A stretch of 64,000 nucleotides of DNA from Eledone cirrhosa (lineage: Eukaryota). The notes beneath the pieces are model-generated. The model worked only from the letters and a program-made list of their open reading frames with translations, was not told where the DNA came from and did no database searches. The stretch lies in the NCBI GenBank assembly GCA_964016885.1, contig CAXHJY010000964.1, positions 1 through 64,000 of the forward strand, given 5' to 3'. Both the position numbers and the translations under genes were made by a program. How positions within the stretch are numbered: position 1 is the stretch's first letter; every line of letters starts with the position of its first letter. Shown piece by piece: positions 58,702-64,000 of the stretch.

Positions 58702-59145
58702 CATTAATCCTTTTCCAGGGGCTATCACTGGCTGTTATGATAGATAAATTATAGTATCATACATTTTAAAATCTCTATGACTGATACATTAAGAAACATT
58801 TTTCTTACTCACACATCCTCTATTGAATTTATTACGTTTTCGCATTTTCTCATAATTAGGGTATAAATGTTAAATTTTCTCATAGGTTAATCACTACCTT
58901 GATTAAATCTTAACCATTTAACATCTCAGGGTATGTCATGTATCATTACATGTTGTCTGATGTGGACGTACTGTTGTACATCCGAAATATGTATAATAAA
59001 ATGTAATTGATCAAAGAACATCTATTTTATTAATATTTGTATTTTAATATTAATAACTCCGGGAAATTATTACTCCGTAGAGTGCTTCCAATCTAATGTA
59101 AAACTCATTCCTTGACATACTCATTGAATATTGTTTAACACTTTA
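58702..59145 (+). mobile_element. Probable PLE pLTR (family O) with hammerhead-like motif 58953-58999
   Basis: ttgt CTGATGT ggacgtac-tgtt-gtacatcc GAAA tatgta TA ataa. Confidence 0.6.
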
Positions 59146-59562
59146 ATATATATATATATTATTATTATTACTATATAGTATATATATAGTATATATATAT
59201 ATATATAGTATATATATATATATATATAGTATATATATATATATATATAGTATATATATATATATATAGTATATATATATATATAGTATAGATATATATA
59301 TATATACTATATATATATATACTATATATATATATATATATACTATATATATATATATACTAATTATATATATATATATATACTAATTATATATATATAT
59401 ACTATATATATACTATATATATATACTATATATATACTATATATATACTATATATATATATACTATATATGTATATATATATATACTATATATATGTATT
59501 CTATATATATATACTATATACTATATATATGTATTCTATATATATATACATATATATATATA
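59145..59562. repeat. (TA)n array with TAG interruptions switching to CTA interruptions
   Basis: atagta units at 59175-59290, tactat units at 59305-59530. Confidence 0.85.
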
Positions 59563-59565
59563 CTA

Positions 59566-60200
59566 CTAGCCGAATTACCCGCGCCTTGCTGCGTTTGTAA
59601 GAAAATGATGATTGATTTTAAATCAGTGATATAATTTATGGAGTAAAACTCTGCATTTCAATATTAAAGACTTCCAAGCCGAAGGCTCATCAGGCCGGTG
59701 CTTATCCCGGTTTCCATGGCGTTAAGCGACTGAGAGTACAAGACTCTCCCTGGACAGGACGCCGGTCTATCGCAGGATTAACTCCCCAGCTACAGCTGGT
59801 ACTCACTCACAGCTGAGTGTACTGAAGCATCGTGAAATAAAGTGTTTTTGCTCGAGAACACAACACAGCAGCCTGCCCAGGAATTGAACCGACGACATTA
59901 CGATCGTACGGCAACCATCCTAACCATCAGGCCATGTGGCTCCACCATTTCAATATTACTCAATGTAAAATGCAATCCATGAAAAATTGGAAAATATTTT
60001 TTTTTTGTAATATATCAAATCAAAATTAAATTATTAATCTTATTCTTATCTTGTTTTTGTTGTAAATAATTTTTTTTTAAATATCCATTCAAAACATTAG
60101 TGAATAGGCATCAAATCTTGTTATTTACGAATGGTTTAAATTTCATATAAATCGTAGGGAAAAAGTTTCAACGGGGCATTTCTGCCCCGGGGAACCCTAT
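59566..60200 (-). mobile_element. Helitron-like 3' end on minus strand
   Basis: a|ctag at 59566 followed by the GC-rich hairpin cccgcgccttgctgcg. The 5' limit is uncertain. Confidence 0.55.
59665..59945 (-). mobile_element. tRNA-derived SINE with V-domain-like centre
   Basis: Minus: tggcctgatggttagg (A box), ggttcaattcc (B box), ctgcgatagaccggcgtcctgtccaggg, ggaaaccgggataag. Confidence 0.75.
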
Positions 60201-60521
60201 ACACATTTATATATTTATTTATACACATATATATATATACACACATATATATACACATATATATATATACACATATATATATACACATATATATATATAT
60301 ATTGGTAGACGGAATAGAAAATGCTGACAAATTGTTCACAGTTGAAAAATGGTTTAATTAGGAATAAAAGAGTATTAGTGATTGTATGGGTTAGTATTCA
60401 GTTGTGGTTTTAAGTTTTTAAGTTTTTACCGGTTGCGCATTTCTAAGTGCTTTTCAAAAATAATTTTGAGATAGAGTGTCCGTGCTGTTTGCTCTGATCT
60501 GATTAGTTTGGGGAATTCTAC

Positions 60522-60739
60522 CTGTTTTTATGTTAAAAAAGTGGCTCCAATTTGCAAAAATTCTTGTGGTCAAAACAATTTTGATTGGTCGGTAGAGGTC
60601 ATGTGAATGTAAAAAATTGATTTTGCGCCAAGACTGTTTTTATGTTAAAAAAGTGGCTCCAGCAAAACTTCTTGTGGTCAAAACAATTTTGATTGGTCGG
60701 TAGAGGTCATGTGAATAAAAAATTGGTTTTGCGCCAAGA
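60522..60739 (+). repeat. Two tandem ~110-bp copies
   Basis: ctgtttttatgttaaaaaagtggctcca...tttgcgccaaga occurs twice. Confidence 0.85.
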
Positions 60740-60764
60740 TTGAGAAATGACTCTTTCACAACAA

Positions 60765-60843
<79 letters not shown>

Positions 60844-61113
60844 GCAGAGTAATTCATGGTGGCAGGGATGGTCAGTAAGAATGTGTCTGAAAGCAATGGG
60901 GGGAGGGTATTTTAGCATGTCAAAAGATATTTTTCAGCTTTTGTCTTATACAGAGAAGTACGTGTGTGTGTGTGTGTGTGTGTATATATAAGTCTCTTTG
61001 TATGTTGATGTACGCGTGTGTATGTGTGTGTGTATATATGTGTGTGTGTGGGGGGGGACCAGTATTCTTTTCCCCCTGGTAAAATGGTGTACATTATTCG
61101 ATTATATATATAT

Positions 61114-61384
61114 AGTTAAAAGATGGTTAAAGGAGTTCCATGTATTTTATTATGCGCATTTCAAAAACAAACATCATCATGCAATAATATTTGTGTTTTC
61201 ATCAGATAAAACAGGAGGACATGATATGAAGGCTAAAAAACACTTGTGGATAGTGCAGTTTTAAATCAACATATCATCTTTTGTTCTTATATATTATGTA
61301 TACTCCAGTCCTACAAACTGTAGGGTGCTTCTTATCCGATATCTGCATTGCTTTATTGTACTACAATAAAACTCACCTCCTACA
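61114..61384. mobile_element. PLE family E mini-insertion (inverted pLTR 61114-61274, tail 61275-61384)
   Basis: Matches 23455-23611 and 28470-28577; contains an HHR. Confidence 0.85.
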
Positions 61385-61385
61385 T

Positions 61386-61473
<88 letters not shown>

Positions 61474-61887
61474 ACATTTATATTTATACTCGGAATTTTT
61501 CCTAGAGTGCTTAAAATTATTTGTGAGTAATCCCGGTCTTTTTTTTTTAAAAGCGCGATAATATTGCTATTTTGCTGAACTCCTTACATTTTGTAAAGTT
61601 TTTTCGGAATGTTTTTGACTGCTGTTTCTTGTAAATAGACATTCGTCTCATTCTGACGTCACCAGCCATGTCTCTCCATGTGTGTTTATTTTCATAATTC
61701 CGCACGAGGTGAACTAGCCTGCTTTTAAATTCCCTGTTTGGCATATTTTGGCAGTAGTACTTAAGGTTATCGTGATTGAGCTCTACTGAGGAACTATTCC
61801 AACCGTGACCAAGCCCACTGAAAAGTTTCGTGAAATAGTCTTTTTAAGACTTACTTTTTCCAAATTGAAGGATGAGTATTTAAGCTT

Positions 61888-61964
<77 letters not shown>

Positions 61965-61967
<3 letters not shown>

Positions 61968-62977
61968 TAGTGATCCCCTCTGGCTTCTCAACATTCTCTA
62001 CCAGATATTTTGTTTTAGTCTCATTCATTCTCAGGCCCACACTCATCGACACAGTTTCCACCTCCTGCATCAAATCCTCTGCCTCCTTCACTATATTTGT
62101 CACCAAACTATGTCGTCGGCAAATTCAGCATCTGATATCTTTTTCGCCTTAACTCTCCTGCTCTGAGCCGGTGCTACACTAAAGCCAGAGTCCTGGTGTT
62201 TCTCCAGTGCAAGGCGCATATAATAGTCCACTATGATGATAAAAAGGTAGGGAGCCAATGTATCTCCCTGGAGCACTCCAGCCAGTATCTCAAAGAACTC
62301 TGTCATCCCATCAGGTGTAATGACTTGGGTTTTGGTGTTGGTGTAGAGCAGTGATATCAGGTCCACTATCTACTTGGGGATTCCATAAGCCTGTAAGATC
62401 TTCATCTAGTTGAGGACTTCCTGTATTTGGGAGAAAAGATTGGTAATACGGAAGATGATGTGGTTGAGAGGAAGAGCAAAGCCTGGGAGGCGTGCCACAG
62501 CTTGAGATCGGTGTGGAAGTCGGACCTTCGTGAAGACCTGAAAATCCGCGCCTTCATTGCTGTAGTGGAGTCTGTGCTGCTGTACGGGTCTGAGACTTGG
62601 ACACTGACCAAGAAACTCACTCAGATGGTGGATGGGTGCTACACGAGAATGGTGAGGATGGCTCTGAACATTAATCAGTATACACTGAGGATGAAAAACT
62701 CAGAGCTGTATGGGAGCCTCCCAAAAGTCAGCTCAAAAGTGACACAGATGAGACTGGGGTTAGCTGGAGATGCTCACCAGAGTTGACATTGCACTCAGTG
62801 CTCCTGTGGGAGCCCCTACATGGGCACACTGGAAGAGGAAGACCAAGGTTAACGTATGTTGATGCCCTAAGGACAAACACTGGTCTGTTGGAGACGCAGG
62901 ACATGGTAGCGATAATGAGGGACAGAGACCGCTGGAGAAAACTGGTCCATGGATCTCGAGAATTTTACCCACCCTAG
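61965..62977 (+). mobile_element. RTE-type LINE fragment with 5' inversion (61965-62403 minus, 62404-62977 plus)
   Basis: Minus: GVLQGDTLAPYLF, FADDI, GLRMN..KTK. Plus: FLYLG, ESVLLYGSETW, GRPRLTYVD. Confidence 0.88.
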
Positions 62978-62994
62978 AATATATATATATATAA

Positions 62995-63622
62995 CAAATT
63001 ATTAAAGATTGGAAAAACCATAGACATGTATGTCTGCACACACGCCTGGTCATACATATGTACATATGGACACATATACATATATATGCGATGTACCGGA
63101 TACCTCTGCAAAATGGAGGACCATCGAATCCCGAAACAACTTTTGTATGACGATCTTTGTAAAGGTAAGAGACCACCTCACAAGCCAAAGCTCCAAAGAT
63201 TGTGTAAAGGACGCATTGAAAAGAACTGGTTTGATGGTAGCTGACTGGGAGATAGAAGCTTTTGAAAAGAAACTTAGCGTGGAATGGTGGATGATTATTT
63301 TGAGAACAGACGCATAGAGCACGAGAAGTTCAAACGGGATGTGCGTAAGCAATGCCCTGGTGTATCTCTCGAAATGAACGGTGTCTCAATTGAATATGTG
63401 TGTCCTGAGTGTGGAAAGATTTGCAAATCTGGTCTCAGGAGTCACAGTCGCAGCCAAGTTCAGAGAGAACCAGTGAACTATGATCTCCACGGTATTATGA
63501 AGGTTCACAGGCAACTTGATGCAAGACCTGGGACCAAGGAGATCCGTAGTTGTCGTCAATGTGCGAAAGAGTGCAAGTCTCTAGCAGGCTCGAAAAGCCG
63601 TAACCGAGTGTCGCGCATCTGA
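62995..63622 (+). pseudogene. Decayed RTE-type LINE 3' end with C2H2-like fingers
   Basis: MEDHRIPKQLLY, CPECGKICKSGLRSH, CRQCAKECKSLAG. Confidence 0.7.
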
Positions 63623-63660
63623 ATCTGACAAACGATTGCAATACTCTCATCATATATATA

Positions 63661-64000
63661 TACACGAGGGTAATCCAAAAAGTAAGGTCTCCAAAGCGAT
63701 GGGGACACAGAGAAACTGTTCGTACGGTTGTTGGCAACACTGTTGTGATTGGTGCTTCCTTCACTCCCAAACAAACATGCGCGCGCTTCGTTGGGATGCT
63801 CAATCTTGGCTTGGCAGCCGTTGAGAATGGAGCTCCCGTTGAACGCTACCGCCAAGTGCGAATTTCGTGCAGTTATTATATACGAGGGCAATCCCAAAAG
63901 TAAGGTCTCTTTCCGAGGAAAACATGCGTAAAAATCGGCGGATCATTCTGGATGCTCTCTGCATTTTGGATCCTGACGTTTCCCGAAGCACCATCCACAG
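63661..64000 (+). mobile_element. Mariner-like transposon 5' end with a second related TIR nested at TA 63881
   Basis: TA|cacgagggtaatccaaaaagtaaggtctc, then transposase-like start MELPLNATAKCEFRAVI at 63828. TA|cgagggcaatcccaaaagtaaggtctc at 63881. Confidence 0.65.

Overview
This is a very AT-rich eukaryotic (animal) region with no recognisable host gene. It is almost entirely a nested pile of retroelements inserted into (TA)n and (CA/TG)n microsatellites. The SINE and RTE types suggest a mollusc, probably a cephalopod (inference). The dominant residents are about 14 distinct families of Penelope-like elements (PLEs: RT plus C-terminal GIY-YIG endonuclease). Most carry a type-I hammerhead ribozyme (HHR) in their terminal repeat, and most have an inverted second segment, up to a ~7.9 kb palindrome. 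Also present are non-autonomous Helitrons, tRNA-derived SINEs, RTE-type LINE fragments and nested mariner ends. The most unusual observations are: (i) a telomerase-like reiterated array of a ~40-50 nt piece of a PLE's own 5' UTR at its insertion junction (51381-51617); (ii) hammerheads whose stem III is a (UA)n run, the same sequence as the target microsatellite; (iii) hammerheads with ~90-nt stem II inserts; (iv) inversion breakpoints that fall at HHR stem II; (v) ORF-less HHR-bearing units. The many Ile/Tyr and Cys/Val ORFs are microsatellite translation artefacts. Family letters (A-O) are my own labels, and clade assignments are inferences from motifs, not search results.
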